This document shows positions 1 through 14,670 of a stretch of 64,000 nt of DNA, one piece after another. The stretch's first letter is position 1, and each line of letters begins with the position of its first letter. The DNA comes from Balanoglossus misakiensis (lineage: Eukaryota > Animalia > Hemichordata), in NCBI GenBank assembly GCA_040954595.2, contig CM082581.2, positions 4,518,699-4,582,698 on the forward strand, written 5' to 3'. Both the position numbers and the translations under genes were made by a program. A model generated the notes under the pieces. It worked only from the letters and a program-made list of their open reading frames with translations, was not told the origin of the DNA and made no database searches.

Positions 1-3000
1 TGTAAAACGACCATTTATCCCCAAGTAAGACTCATGAACAGTGCACTTTTACTGCCAAGATGTCTACGTGTTATTATGACAAACTGCGTATCGGTCGATT
101 AAAAGAAAACAAGCAGTTATAGAGTTGACATCTTCTTCTCTTTTGCGACTGACTTCAATTTTGTAGAATGCCGCACAGTGCATCACTGTTAGCATTTCAA
201 ATATTTACTTTCACAGACGAATTCACTGCATCAAATCCGAGAAATGAAGCTGATGAAGGTGCGGATTATTCTCTGCGTTTATTTTGACAGGGTTATTTTT
301 AAAGTCTTGAGCGCGTGTTCGAACTTTTTACATGCTACGACCGTCCCGCTGAGTTCACAGGGGAGCCCAGCGCCCGTCCGGTCCGGTTCTGGAGACACTA
401 TACACCGTCACACATCACCGTCTGGAAAGTGTAACGCATGTGAGTTATCGATATGGCATCTCCATCATTCCAACAACCCAAGGCGGCTGGCTGTATACTT
501 GCAAAGAACACCGCGATATGATTAACCAGACACGTCTTTGATTCTCCTTCCCTTGTAAACACGTTTCCTTGCATGCTTTTACCGTGATGAGTTTTAACTA
601 CACACAACGGCCAGTCTTGCGCATGCTCTGTTGCTCGAGACATGCCACGGCTGGTAATTTGAATTTAATCAATCAACTAATTACGCCTAAGGAAATCGGC
701 ATCTTTATTTCATCCTTGGGAAATTCGGAAATTTAGAATTTTACAGCTATCAGGTGACCAAAGACATATAACGATGCGCTCCATGCGGATTTATAAAACT
801 TATACGAGGACATTCACTTTCCCGCTCAATTAATGATTATTCCCACTGGGACCACGCGTATAATATACATATCTTTATTTGAAAGCGCCTTCCGCATCGG
901 TAAATATTCCAATATGCCAGAATTTGACATAGATTCTAAACGATGAGGATTATTGTAATGAGGAGAGCGGTGTGCATTGTTCAAAATATAATACGAACGA
1001 TTAGGGTGTTTCCTTGTTTATGCATGTTCACCATGACAACATGAAACGCGATTGTCGAAAGTCCGTGACATGCCAAATAAATTCACCAAGTGATACCGAT
1101 TCACACAGAGAAAAACAAACACATTTGCGCTAAAGGGATACCGACAAATATAATTGCCGTTCCAGAGAATCAGCCGACGATAGAACTATGGACGCCCGGT
1201 GAAGTGACCCACGCTGTTGAACGGCAACATGTACTTAGACTCGCAGCGGGGTAGGACTATCCAATACGATTGACCTTACTCAGGACCTGGAACTTGACTC
1301 CTCTATAGAAAGTGGTATTCTTAAACTGTAATGAAGAAACCTATTAGCACTAAGCTCAATAGCGTCTGGGGACTAGAGGTAGCGAAGGTTTTCGGTCATT
1401 TGTCTGCAATCCAATAATGCTGTTTGATCGCGTGTGTCGCTATATAATCGTGCACGTGATCATTTGAACATGCCGACACCAATAACTCACAGAGATATTA
1501 ATTGCCATCATTGAATTGGGGTTGTCAGTTTTAAATTAATGATAATTAAGCGTTTTCATATTTGCCTTCCGAAGTCGGCAGCAGATCAACATTGTCTGGA
1601 CGTTTGACTTTCGCTAAAATGCTTTAAACCTGGAAAATCGAGGGTAATCCATTGACATAGCACAGTGACGTCAGTGTACCTGCAAACGACCCGACAGAGC
1701 GCCTGTGGTGTACGTGTGTACTGCGACACGCGCGTCTTTTGTATACTAGAATACAGGCTTGATGAGAGATGCAATAGAATTATTTGATCGACACGAGAGC
1801 ATACAACATACATACATGTCTTATCAGAACTGCTTGCCCAAAACGGGGCTATGGTAGTGACAAAAACATTGTTTATCTTACAGTATTACTGGTAAGCCTG
1901 ATTGCATATCAATAATTATAATTTTACGACTTTTAAGAGACATCCCTATGCGACGCAGACAGCAACCACGCAAAAATGCGATTTTTGATATTGAGAATTT
2001 AGAAGGTTTATGGCTAATATGCTTTATTAAATGTACATGATATATGAGTTTCTCCTGTCCATATTATGCACGAAACAATAAAAATTAATGGCGTGAAAAT
2101 TGACATAGTTTGATAATGTTTAATCAAAACAGACTTTAACGTTTCTTTTAACGACAACCTACCTTAATTTTATGCGCAATGGTATAGCATGTGATAATCC
2201 AAATTATTGCAGGAAAATATCAACAAAACTGGTTCGGTGGGGTTTACTGACTGTAAACAAAATATGCAAAGCGTTTTCGAAATCCTTTTAATATATATGT
2301 AAAATGGACAACCCTATTCTTAAGTCCAATGTATATACATTTTGAATTTTCATACCATACTGATAACGACAGGTAGTAAGATAGCAATACTCACGTCAGG
2401 AGTATACAACGGGAATCGGTGACAGCAAACTTTGTCACTCGGTCGCTCTTACTGGGATAAAATGACGCTGGATGTTTTGTCTCGATTTTGCCGTAATTAC
2501 ACGAAGGCTTGTTAAAATAGATTTTGGGATTTCTTTTATTTCGCAGGGAGTGAACACAAAGGACCTGAATATTTTGAATCGACTAAACTCTTGGATATTG
2601 ATGTTCCTAAAATGTTCGTAAGTCACAGAACCGACATGTCTATATCTGTGCTGGGGTTTATTCTGACCCGCAAGGGGGCGTTCGATGTAAGGAGTCTGGT
2701 TTAGTAACGGACATTTCATGGCCATCATGACTATATGTTTGAATTATTCACAGTTACAAGGTGGTCATCACTGACTGACTCCATCGACAACCTGTCTGCC
2801 CCATGGAATAATTACACTGCAAATATATTCATACACAGTGCATTCCACATTTATCTAAAATGTCAGGTGAACACGCGGCGTCTATACACACAATTGTGTG
2901 CGTGCTCACAAATTCATGTATGTAAAACACGTTTTGTGCTAACACCAACACAGGTGAACACGCGTGTTAACACGTGTCGCTTGTGCAGTTTAGGGCTGAA

Positions 3001-4589
3001 GATACGGTAGTTAAAGTGTATTTTGTAAGTCGTCATGATTACCGAGACTCGTGGCGGTTATGTTGAATGGGTGTGGCTGAACCCTGGTTACCTTGTCCAA
3101 GAATTAATTATCAAATGACGCACAGAGGCGTTCTAGGAAAATTAAAACATTATAACAATTTTGTAAATTTATTGAATCGATTCGATTAAATGTCAACAGT
3201 CACAGTCATGAAAAAACAACAACTCCAAAACGTGTTTTAGTTGATGTTGATCAAATTATTCATTAGTTTAATGACTGTAGTTCATTAGTTTAATGAAAGT
3301 AATGTGAATTGACACAAGGTACATATACGCGGCATCGCTTTATTTTCTCTACAAACTCTTAGTGTGTGACTATACATGTACATGTACATATGTTCCATCG
3401 GCCATAGCCGAGTATCCCGAGGTTACTGCGAATTAACGACCTGAACGAAAAAAAAGATTTATTGCTTATTGTCATATATTATTAAATCGATAATGCGTTG
3501 TAAAGGTTAATAATTACCACGTGTCTCTTTGATTGTTCTGGAAACATATGATTAAAATAGTTCTCAGTTCCAGCATTACAGACGCACATCGCTTAATGTT
3601 GGAAAATACCAATTATTGATAAACGTTCAATCGACATGATGAGGGTAGAAATCCGTTTCTAATCGGGTTAAGTGGTCGGTGGTTATAGTATTTTTTCATT
3701 AATGAGGACAAACCCGTTTTAATATAACAGCTTGGAAATCGGGAATATTCCTTCACTTTATAAGCTGCATCAAAAGAAATCGCTCCAGTATTAAAACATG
3801 CCCCGTACAAAGCCCGGTAGACCGGGAGATAACCACGCCTCAGTAGCGTTCTCACACGTTTTTCTTACAGTACTGTGATTCATGTCTGTCTATATTTTTG
3901 GGAAGACACAGCTAAATATACCGATAGTTTATGAACTGTATAAAAAATTGAGTTTACCTTTTCCCGTATTGCAGGTATTGGCTACGAGTTGTTTGATTGG
4001 TCGCTCTATCCTCGAAAACTTTATCTATTGATCAATCCAGTGACCGCCAATGTGATAAAAAGTACAACAAAATACATTTTGAAAGAGTCGAAAATCCAAA
4101 ATTCCCGTTTAAAGTTTCTGGATCTGCCCATTGAAAGTTGGATTTGTAGAGATCAGAAATACAGTTTCAACATTAAAACGACTAAGGGGTCCAATTCATG
4201 GCACTAATGTCTTATAAGTGTCATCCATCTTTGCAGAAAAAAATCTTCCTCTTGTTACATTTAATCTCTGTTTACTCGGTTCAACAACATTAAGAGTGGG
4301 CTGTTAAGCACATTATTCATTCTAAAGGCGCCGAGTAATTGTCGTATAAATACCCTCTTTTTCACATCTCAAACCTTTTCATGGGCGTAATTCTCCTCTT
4401 GGTGATTAGCTTACAGTGTGCGAAGGTTTTTGAATCCAGTCAGCCATATTGTCCGCTGCAAGTACCCACATACGTCACGTCGTTTATGTGTGGAATTAAT
4501 TGCCCATTTTGTGTCATGTGGATATCTCAATCTGTCATGACTCATTGGGAATGCGTTTGTCTCCAGACTTTATTTGACTCTCGTCTGCA

Positions 4590-4826
4590 GGGATCGTCGC
4601 GCCGCGTCTGTTTGTTTGCTTATAAACATTACAATTCATCCACAAATCCCTGAAATTAGATAATTCTTAGAATGAACGAAGCAGCCAACCGTAGCGTAGA
4701 CTGGGCATGACAGCAACTGAAGATCCTAGTAGGTCGTAGCGACTGCAGTGGGGTTTGCTCTGGTATGGGAGGACATATTCTCATCAAGGGGGACACCCAC
4801 GCGGCGCGACGACCCATTCCCTTTAA
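4590..4826. mobile_element. Non-autonomous TIR element (MITE), TTAA-flanked family A, copy 1 (left end eroded)
   Basis: Inverted ends GGGATCGTCGCGCCGCGT / ACGCGGCGCGACGACCC..CCCTTTAA. A ~240-bp homologous copy lies in opposite orientation at 55332-55581. Confidence 0.75.
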
Positions 4827-5647
4827 GTGAAGATGTTGTTTTAATATTTCAAAAATACTTTTTACTAGCCTTCTTGAGTGCGTTGCACCCATACCTTCTG
4901 TCGGTTTATGCAGTCGGCGCCGTTCGGCGTTAAAAGACTTAATTGCATCGTAAAGATCGATTTCTGTTATAATTACAGAGACACCATACGTCAGTGCGAT
5001 ATTTTTATTGCGTGGATAACTAATAAATGTGGAAGTATTCAATTCTAAGTCACGTTGTCTTTGATCTCGAAAGATGACGTGTGCGTGTGTGATATGTCGC
5101 ATCACGTTGCATTTCGCCTCAAACATACCGTGATCCCTTGTCAGTTCTAGCTTGAGGTATACATATAGCTATCTATACCTATATTATAGTAATATACTTG
5201 CGCCCAAGCGGGAATCTCGCATCATATTTTATACATGAACAACTAACATGTGACTATGACATATATTTCTGACTAGGTATATTCGTGGTAGTTACATATC
5301 GATGCGAATTTACCACTATTTATGTGTCCAATAAACTAGAAGAAAGAAGTTATTATCAGGGTTCCTTGGCTCTGAGAAACACATATCCCCAAGGCCGTAT
5401 CTCCATGGTGCATCATATTGTTTTATACTCAAAGCGCCAAAACGATGTTCGGAATTGAAAATGTTATGACTATGGCCTTCGGAGAGAAATGTCTGAAAGT
5501 GTCGAAATGGAAATATGGTCAATGCGGAATGATGCCTCTCAATATTTGTCAAATTTGCAGGAAAGATAAAAAAGTATGTTATTATTGAAATAGGATACAA
5601 TCATCGTTAGATAAATATCGCCCTTCACTCGTGATGACGTGAGTACA

Positions 5648-5708
5648 TTAAAGGGACAAAGTCTCTCTCTCGCTTCCCATTTTGCCATTAATTATGTGTG
5701 ATACAAGA
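5648..5708 (+). mobile_element. End of a TTAAAGGGAC-type dispersed element; second copy inverted at 30335-30393
   Basis: TTAAAGGGACAAAGTCTCTCTCTCGCTTCCCATTTTGCCATTAA..TGATACAAGA matches the reverse complement of 30335-30393. Confidence 0.6.
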
Positions 5709-8700
5709 TGCCGTTTATGTTATTATAGACGTGGAGATATAGTGAATCAACGTTCGATAACACACGATTTCCATCCTGTTTGTAGGATATGACAGTAAAA
5801 ATCTCACCAAAACGAATAAGTCGTACCATAGACCTCTAGGGTCTATGGTCGTACAGACCGATTATTCATTTTGGCGAGTTTTTCACTCAGCAATTAACAC
5901 AATAAATATATCTCTAAAGAAAGAATGATTCTACGCTTACATTGAGGCACAACATACTTACAATCTCTGATAATATTCTTTATGTACAAAAGACAGAAAG
6001 ACTTGTTTGATCCGATCACTTTTCTGAGGGAATTTTCAGTGGAAGTCTAGACATGTAATATTGTGGCGTCGTCATAGATATCATTTAGGCATAATTGCAG
6101 TCATATCTCTATTTTCACTTCTTATGAACTATCTTGAGTTCACGGAAATTAATGATTACTTTGCCTTGCGACTGTTACTTTACAGTCTCCAATTTCTTGG
6201 AAAACATTTTAACACTTCTTAGCCGCGCCAACCTCCCCCCTGCCAATTTTGTCACCTGGCCACTAGAGTGGTTTTGTGTTCTCTACTTCCCGGTGTAAGA
6301 GTTCTTGCAGACGGTTAGCGTCAATTTGCCGCCAATGATTAGCAACTCGCCACGTGCTGTTGCAAAATGCGCTGTCCTCCGAAAAAAGCGCCCTGCGGTA
6401 ATAAAAAGTAGGCGTTTATTGAAAACCATTGAGTTTTCAGACATCCGACTCTTATCAGTCAATTTCACAGACCACTGTCTCTCATGGAGGATTCTGTGTC
6501 CACACGTACCTGGAAATTGACTGCCAGGCCTAGGCTCCTCTGCTGCAACTGTTCATGTTCCTAAGAGAACACGCAGTCAACCAATTAAAGTATACATGAC
6601 TCGACTGCTGCCTATAATACACTTTGTTCATTCCGTTCGCATTTCATAAAACTCACGCCATGATAATCATTTACCTGCAGGAATTTTCTTTGAAAGGTCA
6701 GAGTACTTTTTTGTGCAGAAGATCTGCAGTTGACGATCGGGGCATGCGCGCTGGGGCAGGCGCATTTCTGTCCACAGGATCCCACGCAGTGTTGATTCAG
6801 AATTACTGTCGCGTCTCAAGGGGCCTGTTTTCATAAAAGCCCGGCTGTTCAGAAATATCAGTCACCCTGTTCTCTGCTAAATCATATTAACGTAACCATA
6901 CTCTGCCTATATGTACATTGTATATATAGATTCACGAAAGATAGCGTGCGCCAAATGTTAAACACGCGCAGCAATGAAAGGCACACACAGATACCTGTAG
7001 AACTACTCGCAGAGAATTTCACGCGGATGCTGGAAAGCGAAGGGAAAACAAACACGCCACCAACCTACAGTCGAAATTAAGTCCGGGGTTGAATTAATTT
7101 GTTGACAATAGCCTTCGAGAGACAAACAAAATTTAGACATTCTAGCAAGTTAGAGGAAATGGAACGAGCGTGCACAGCCGACAACGAGATCAAAAATACT
7201 TGCCGTTCTTTTTATTGGTCACGATATTGACGTTTATTTTAAAAATATTTCACGGTTGAGTGCAATGTACCATTTTGTGTAATTTTATGCATAAGATGTG
7301 AAGTTTCTCTTCTCGGAGACTATACCTTGCGTTTGACTGCCACCAACAATACTTTGACTTTCAGTGATTAATTTCGAAGTGCCAGAAAAATTAAGACCGG
7401 CAAATTTTCACTCTGAGTCTAGTCGTCAGTCCCCATTCACGTCAAGAAATGTTCAATATCCAGCGAAAATGCCGAGGCGTAGACGGCTTGAAAAGGTCAC
7501 ACCAATTTGAAGATACTGTCTAGATGGACTGCTGATGGTGGTGACGGACACTACTTGCATCGGAAATTTTAGGCCTAAAGTATATGTTTACGTCAAATCG
7601 TGATCGTAAGCGTCTTCAAAGTTCAACATGACACGTGCGCACAGGCGATGCGTGCCGAGCAGATCAGAGTGGGTTTCCGATTCGACCAGATCCAAAGTAG
7701 TGAGTGCTGATAAAAAATCTCACATTGTAACCGCACTAAATGCCATACCGATTGGACGCCACGGGTTTATCGCAGTATCGGATGCCAGCTAATTAAAGGG
7801 GCTGATTCTAAGCTTTATCCGTGACGCTGAGTGCGTTCTGTTGCCATGTTCACCCCAGGTGAAATCCAACGTGAGGAAAACCGAGACAGAAGCCAAAAAG
7901 GTTGACGTTGACCTTTAACACGGGATAAGCACAAAGATCTTAACGCTTATAAAGCTTCCGTCCCTCAAGAGCATTTTCTTCTTTGGAAATAGAATCAAGG
8001 GAACGGAGGCAGGGGCTTAAAGCTATTGCAAACTAAAACCGGAGCATTTGGCCTTTTTCATATTTGACATTTAATTCCTCTGCATTATGGCAGTGTCGTT
8101 CATGTCCCGGGCATGTAAATTAGATGACGTCAGCACTCTCCATAGAAACCGAAGCGAAGCATGGTCGAAAAAAGTAGGCGGGAGATGGTCATTGGTTAAA
8201 TTGAACCGTATATCTTCGACTTACATGTAAACGCATTACCAAGCACGTAAATGTTTTAATCCCATACAGTAATGGTGAGACTGCAGGTTCTCATGACTAA
8301 TATAATATATAGTATTATAGTGTTTCGAGCTGATAGTTTTACACATAAAGATATGATGGATTCTTACTTATCATTTTACATTAAATATACGCACATCATT
8401 AATAAAGCGATTTTATAGGCATTTAGTTAGTTAATTATTTGTATATTCCAAGTAGTTTAAATGAAGCAAATCATGTCAGTTTCATTAACTATAATACTCA
8501 TAGAATTATTATATTCTCACCAAGGGAAGTAGTTGATTATGCTACGTTGGGTACATGTACATGTGGTGTGTTTTTACTTTGATGAAAATAATTCCTTCTG
8601 CTCACTTGATATTCCGATATAATCATCAATTCATAATTCAAGAGATCAAACTTAAATGAATGTGGCATTCATTGACGTCGACAAGGCTGTTTGTGGAATT

Positions 8701-11700
8701 ATTCTACCAGAGGTCTCGTGGCTTGATTATGTAGACCACCGCAGGAAATGAGGATAGATGACAAACCCATTAAACTCCTTGTACATCATCACGGCGTTCT
8801 TACATTGTTGTAGACATTTGACTGCGATGGCCTTTCACATTTAGGCCGACATTATTCCAATATCTCTTTGTCAGGAATACGTATCACATCGATGCATAAT
8901 GGCGGAGTAATTGTCCGTTGAATTCCTACATCCTGTTTGTTCACATTTTTTTGTATTTTTATGGCAACGTGTTTTTTTTTTTCTTCAGAGTTTGATGACA
9001 CAGAGATATCCGTAAAGATATTACATGTATTTCTTCACTCCGCTCTCTCTCTTCAAACCGTTTTTATTTTTACCCCAGCCTGCTTGCAACAATTTGGAAA
9101 TTCGAGTTGGCCGTGTCTTTAGTGATGATGGCATTTCCAACATTCGTGGGGTTGTCGAGTCAATACCCCAAGTGTTTATGCAGAGGGTACAATAATACCC
9201 TACTTCATGAGACAATTGAAAGCATCTCGTGATTATAGGCTGCGGAAATGACACGTTGCCGCCACCAATTAGATTGCGCCTATGCGAGGTGTACGTCCCC
9301 ATTTGTGCTATCCGTTGGTCATTAACAACGCAATCTTCGAAATGTGGCGATTTTAGATGGAAAAGTAACGCGACCACACGTGTGGCTAAATACACGCAAT
9401 TTACTCGATTGATTTTGAAAAGTTGAAGCTTAAATATCACCACTGGGGCCCTTCTGGCGAGAGCTAAACTCGTTAAAATGTACAGCGCCATCAGTTCTCG
9501 CATCGATTGGAGTATGATTTCATCAGGGGATTTACACTGACGAAACCACATTTCTGTCTGGTATGACTTACACCCCCGAGAGAGACGACTGAACTAGAAA
9601 CAGTTCATGATAAAACAAATGCATTGCGCTTGCAATTTTAGAGTCGCGTTTCTGCATTAGGGTCAACTGGAATGGCCGTGTGTGTACATGTAGATGTACA
9701 TTGGCACCGATGATAGTTTTACTGGTTCATGTAGAAAATGTCACAGAATATTAATGAGGGTTCGGTGAAAATATTCTATTTTCAACAGCGTTGTACATGT
9801 ACTTTGAATGGGCTTACAGGAGCTTATTCATATTCCTCCTAAACGAACCTTTCGGATATGTGTTTGTCCGAAGCCCACGTGCAATATGTTGTAAATTTAT
9901 TTTCAGAATGTTTTTTGACAGAATTTGAAGATGGATTGGTCTGTTAATGGCATCTGTACAATGAAATCATGGCCGGTACAAGAAGCAAAATACATAGTAA
10001 AGTATTGCCCGATCACAAAAATTTGAAATTTGACCTAAATTCATACCTTTTTGAACGCTTTAATTAGAAAATGTAATTATGGGTTCTTTTTAACCGAAAG
10101 ATTTGTATGCTTTATATGTTCTCCGATGATTATTTGGAATTTACAACCGTTTTTCATCAGTGTGGTGTATAAGCTGTGTACCGTGACATGCGGTAAATCT
10201 TAACGATTGTATAGTAGCAACGACCCAAACTGGCTACTAATGAAGACACAAAAAACACATATATATGTATAACAAATCAATAGACATGACCTTTATTATT
10301 AAACTTCCAGGGTTAATTAACTTTATTTGTAACAGCATTTTATGTTAATCCGAAAATTTACAAATCGGTAGCTCTCTACAGACTACCTTTGAGTTTGGCC
10401 AGCTCGGTTTGACTATCTGGCTGGACCTGTCAGCATGCAGTGAATATCTGACACGGTAGAGCTCATTAAAAACAAAACAGTGACAACCTTAAAGATAAAG
10501 TCAGGCAATTTTACAATCCATCAATTTTAAACCGAATATGACAGATTCTGACAATATCCCGACGGTTCATCTATATGATTCAAATGCATTTTGACAGCCA
10601 CGTCATCCATCATTTAATTTCCAGCATAAATTATTGCCCTTTATCTGAAGACGCGGTGGGACTTATAACCCGACTAACGGTTGTTATTCTCCCGGTGGTT
10701 CATCTCGTGCAATTCCATCAAACCCTCCAAATGATGTCTATGACCTCTGACCCTTCCCTGGTAGCACCGGTGTCTAGATGTGACGTTACATCATCTAGTT
10801 TTTTTTTTTTTTTCACGACTTGGCCCACGATTTTGATTTGCGCGGAGACGCAAATGCAACTTAATCCAACAAACCAAAAGGAGTAATGCGATGTGTCCTT
10901 TCATTTACCAAAAACACTGAGGTTAGCTTGAGGCCAACTTGACTCAAAAGGGACTCAAATTATAGTAATCAAACTGGACAATAGATATGGATGGCATTTT
11001 ATTAAGATCTAAGTGATTTTCACGAAGCTCCTTTACTAGGGATTTAAGACGATTACTTTTTGCTATTAATAGGCACAAGCGTTGTATTCAAATCACTTGA
11101 TCATTTCCAGATATAAATAGCCACAAATAACACACGAGAAAATTAAATTTTAAACCTAACCACGATTTCCGCGAAAAAATACAAAGTTTGACTTGATGCG
11201 ATGCATGTGACAGCGCCCCCAACCTTCCAACAGCGAAAGTGTGCAAAAGTCGGAAACATATGGAGATGTGGATTTTCCATGGTAAAGCGCACACGCTTGT
11301 ATTGGCGTTAGGAGACGAGTTTAGAAAGAACACCTTATCAGTTAGAAGCAGGATCCTTACATTTCTGTTTGCCCATCTGAACAATCACATAGTACAGTTT
11401 GTGTCAGTCTGTAGCCAGTGGGTTGCAGTGGTTTTACGAACCACGGGTAAACTACGCACGAATAGCAAGTCTTGAATAATTGAAAACAAAATTAATGTCA
11501 ACCTTATAGATACCCATTTATTTCATATGACAATCGTTGAGGGAGCTTTCCAGACAGTGAAAATCGCGGTCGATCAATTGGCACAGATTTTTTGCAGGTA
11601 TCACTCAAATGACACGATTTTATAGTAAAGTGATGAAATTTCATAATTGGATAACCTTAGGCCCCAATTTGGAGCAAATTTATTTCGGCTACAGTCGTTG

Positions 11701-12170
11701 TTTTTCACGCATCCCGACATTTCTTCTATAAGCAAGATTCAATAAAGCATATACTTTTATTGGGCCTTATTACAAAATATAAAATAATAAAGGATTGCGA
11801 CGGAGAGATCATTGGAACAGCAACATTATGACCCTCTGCCCAAGTTAGATTGAGAATAAGGCTATAGATTCATAAAATAATCAAGTCTGCCTTTACGCTT
11901 CACTAGTTATTTCCTCGGATTCCGTAAATCGGCTTTGTTGTAATTGTATAAAATGCAACACCTGCGGCCCTGTGATTCCTCAGAAAGGGAATCAAGACGG
12001 ACTAACTACGGACAAACGTCGCGTAATCGCGTATTACTCCGCCATTTTGTTTTTACAATGCTCTACAACATAAATCAAATCGACAGCTTGTCGGAGATCT
12101 CCCAAAGACGTTTATTTATCTATCCAGTCACCCTTATTTTTACTTTGAAAAACATGTCGTTAAATTATTT

Positions 12171-12596
12171 GAGTGAGGGAGTGAGTGAGTGAGTTTGTGA
12201 GTGAGTTTGTGAGTGAGTGAGTGAGTGAGTGAGTGAGTGAGTTTGTGAGTGAGTGAGTGAGTGAGTGACTGAGTGAGTGAGTGAGTGAGTGAGTGAGTGA
12301 GTGAGTGAGTGAGTGAGTGAGTGAGTGAGTGAGTGAGTGACTGAGTGAGTGAGTGAGTGAGTGAGTGAGTGAGTGAGTTTGTGAGTGAGTGAGTGAGTGA
12401 GTGAGTGAGTGACTGAGTGAGTGAGTGAGTGAGTGAGTGAGTGAGTGAGTGAGTGACTGAGTGAGTGACTGAGTGAGTGAGTGAGTGAGTGAGTGAGTGA
12501 GTGAGTGAGTGAGTGAGTGAGTGAGTGAGTGAGTGAGTGAGTGAGTGAGCGAGCGAGCGAGTGAAGGAGCGAGTATAACCTACCTACTTACTTTTT

Positions 12597-12629
<33 letters not shown>

Positions 12630-12655
12630 CGTCTGTCTGCCTCGCTGTCTGTGTC
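12171..12655. repeat. (GAGT)n microsatellite of ~400 bp followed by (TCTG)n
   Basis: Read directly from the sequence. Confidence 0.97.
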
Positions 12656-14547
12656 TGTTGCATGGCGTTAACTCGGTTTATGGTATATGACTTGTGCTGA
12701 CGCACAATAAGATCAATCAAACCATAAAATCAAATTCCGTACGGAAAGGGGACAGTTAACACCGGCAACTGCAGGCTGAGGTAATTTTGATAAACCAAAA
12801 TACATATCAAAATTGACAGGAGAAATTTAATTCTATTGAGGTAATTGGGTGTGGTTATTTCAACGTGAAAGGTGCACTGTCAGAATCCATGACTGACGCA
12901 ATTCCCTCGTTCTTTTGAAACCTGAAAATAGATCAAGATTTTGTAGTCGGTTTTTAACCGAAACATTCTCATCGGAAGTATAAAAATACCATAGCAAGAT
13001 TGGGAGAGCGGTGATACTGCTGACGTAAGTACAACGACCATGCTGCACGTAACAAACTTCAACTTTCATTACAGCCGACTTTATCCTAATAGACATGCTA
13101 ATCATTTATGTCATTCATTATAGTAGCCAGGTGGTAGTCACACAAGTCAATCTCAGCAGATAAATCACATCGTGCCAGAGGAAAGAATCAAGTAGTCTTG
13201 ATATTTTTTTCGCCAGTTAATGGGACACAATAATAACTGACACGTGTGGATTTTAGCAGATGACTGGTTAACAAATATTTTCATGGCGTTTGGGCCAGAA
13301 TCAATAGGCGTACAAATCCAAAAAAGTCTTACTATAACAACAAATGAAAAGCACAACTCCCATATATGAAGTCTTTGTCTTCTATATAGACGATAAAAAG
13401 GTTTCTCAGTCATACTACAGGAGTGAAAGAATGTTCATTTAAGGCTGAATCAGATCGAGTGTATATACAGAAAAGTACTAATCTATGTTTGAAAGAAAAA
13501 ACATGAAATAATGCAAGAATGGTAACTCACGGGGCTTTAATTGGAAGTTGAGATATGAGAGCACTGGTTTGTGTAACTTACGATGAAGTTTGGCGACATA
13601 ATCTTGGCTATAAAGTACATTGAATTGACTGGAGAGCAACATTTGCGGGGACTAAGAGGACACTGACGACATTAGAACTGATTTTAGCCCGCCTTTAGTT
13701 TAAGCTATCCTAAAGGGAGCAACGGTGTTTCATCCTAGAGCCGATAAAAGAGGCACAGTTTACGCGCAAATCGGATAATGCACTGTCATCTGCAACAAAT
13801 GAGACACCCGCGGGAAATGTTTGACCTCTTTTAACTCCGACCCGCAGAGTGTTACACTTTGGCCGTTGCCTAAACTGGGGAATACTTGTACACAACTTGC
13901 AAAGATCATCTCGATTACAACCAATCGTAAAGATGAACACTGATAAAAGAAAAAAGTCGTTTCAACGTCGTCAGGGTTGGCTACATGCGAGAAAAACCAC
14001 GCGACGTGGAAAATTGAACATAAAGTCAGGTGTTGTAATTTCAATTGGTACCGTTATCATTGGTTGATCATCTTATTGAAAACCAGTGACGTGTACTAAG
14101 AAGAGCTGGCGTTTTCATGAACACCTCTGGCAATCAACAACCAAACTTCACGTCGGAAAAAAATGTTTGAACTTTCACAATGTGAAACTTTGCCCATAAA
14201 ATAAACTGTGAGTTATAATCTGGAAAGATTGCATATTAAGACACCCGTCGAACTATAGCTCTTCTCGACTGCAAAAACTCATTTTATTATCACAGCTCTT
14301 TGTAGTATGAAACATTGTACAGTAATCCACGGGATTTCCACAGCGGACGGTAATCTCGTCGTTAATGTGTTGTTCTTAGAGAAATTTGTACATTGTATGA
14401 GTGCATTTTCTAGGTTCTCCAAGAGCTCGACGAGTGAAATTTTACTCTCTATATCAATCACCTGAAACGAAATTACCCATTCATTTTATTTTCACTAGGC
14501 CTGCCATAACGTTATTGAATTTTCCGACATGGTCGGAGGCATGGTGA

Positions 14548-14670
14548 TGTATAGTGATGGACTCGCTATCGGTGGATGGTCAGTCCGAGGCCCAAGCAGC
14601 CCTCGATGCTGTGTCCTTGAGCAAGACTCATCATTGCTTCTCGCGGTTATTCAGAAGTGGTGGGTATACG
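14548..14670 (+). mobile_element. Degenerate tRNA-derived SINE (CORE-like) fragment
   Basis: Weak A/B-box-like region followed by TGTGTCCTTGAGCAAGAC..CATTGCTTC, reminiscent of the CORE-SINE central motif. Confidence 0.35.

Noticed and set aside
2547-2617. Exon-like segment with a good acceptor and gtaagt donor
   Set aside because: No partner exons or recognisable peptide in any frame; cannot support a gene.
4656-5126. 156-aa ORF similar to ORF 55320..55529
   Set aside because: The similarity comes from the shared non-coding MITE (family A), not from a gene family.
9021-9551. 176-aa minus-strand ORF
   Set aside because: No recognisable motif, no supporting splice pattern and random-looking composition; likely chance.
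14279-14461. Minus-strand terminal-exon-like ORF (VIDIESKISLVELLENLENALIQC...)
   Set aside because: Plausible acceptor but no recognisable homology; could belong to the putative relic but cannot be supported alone.
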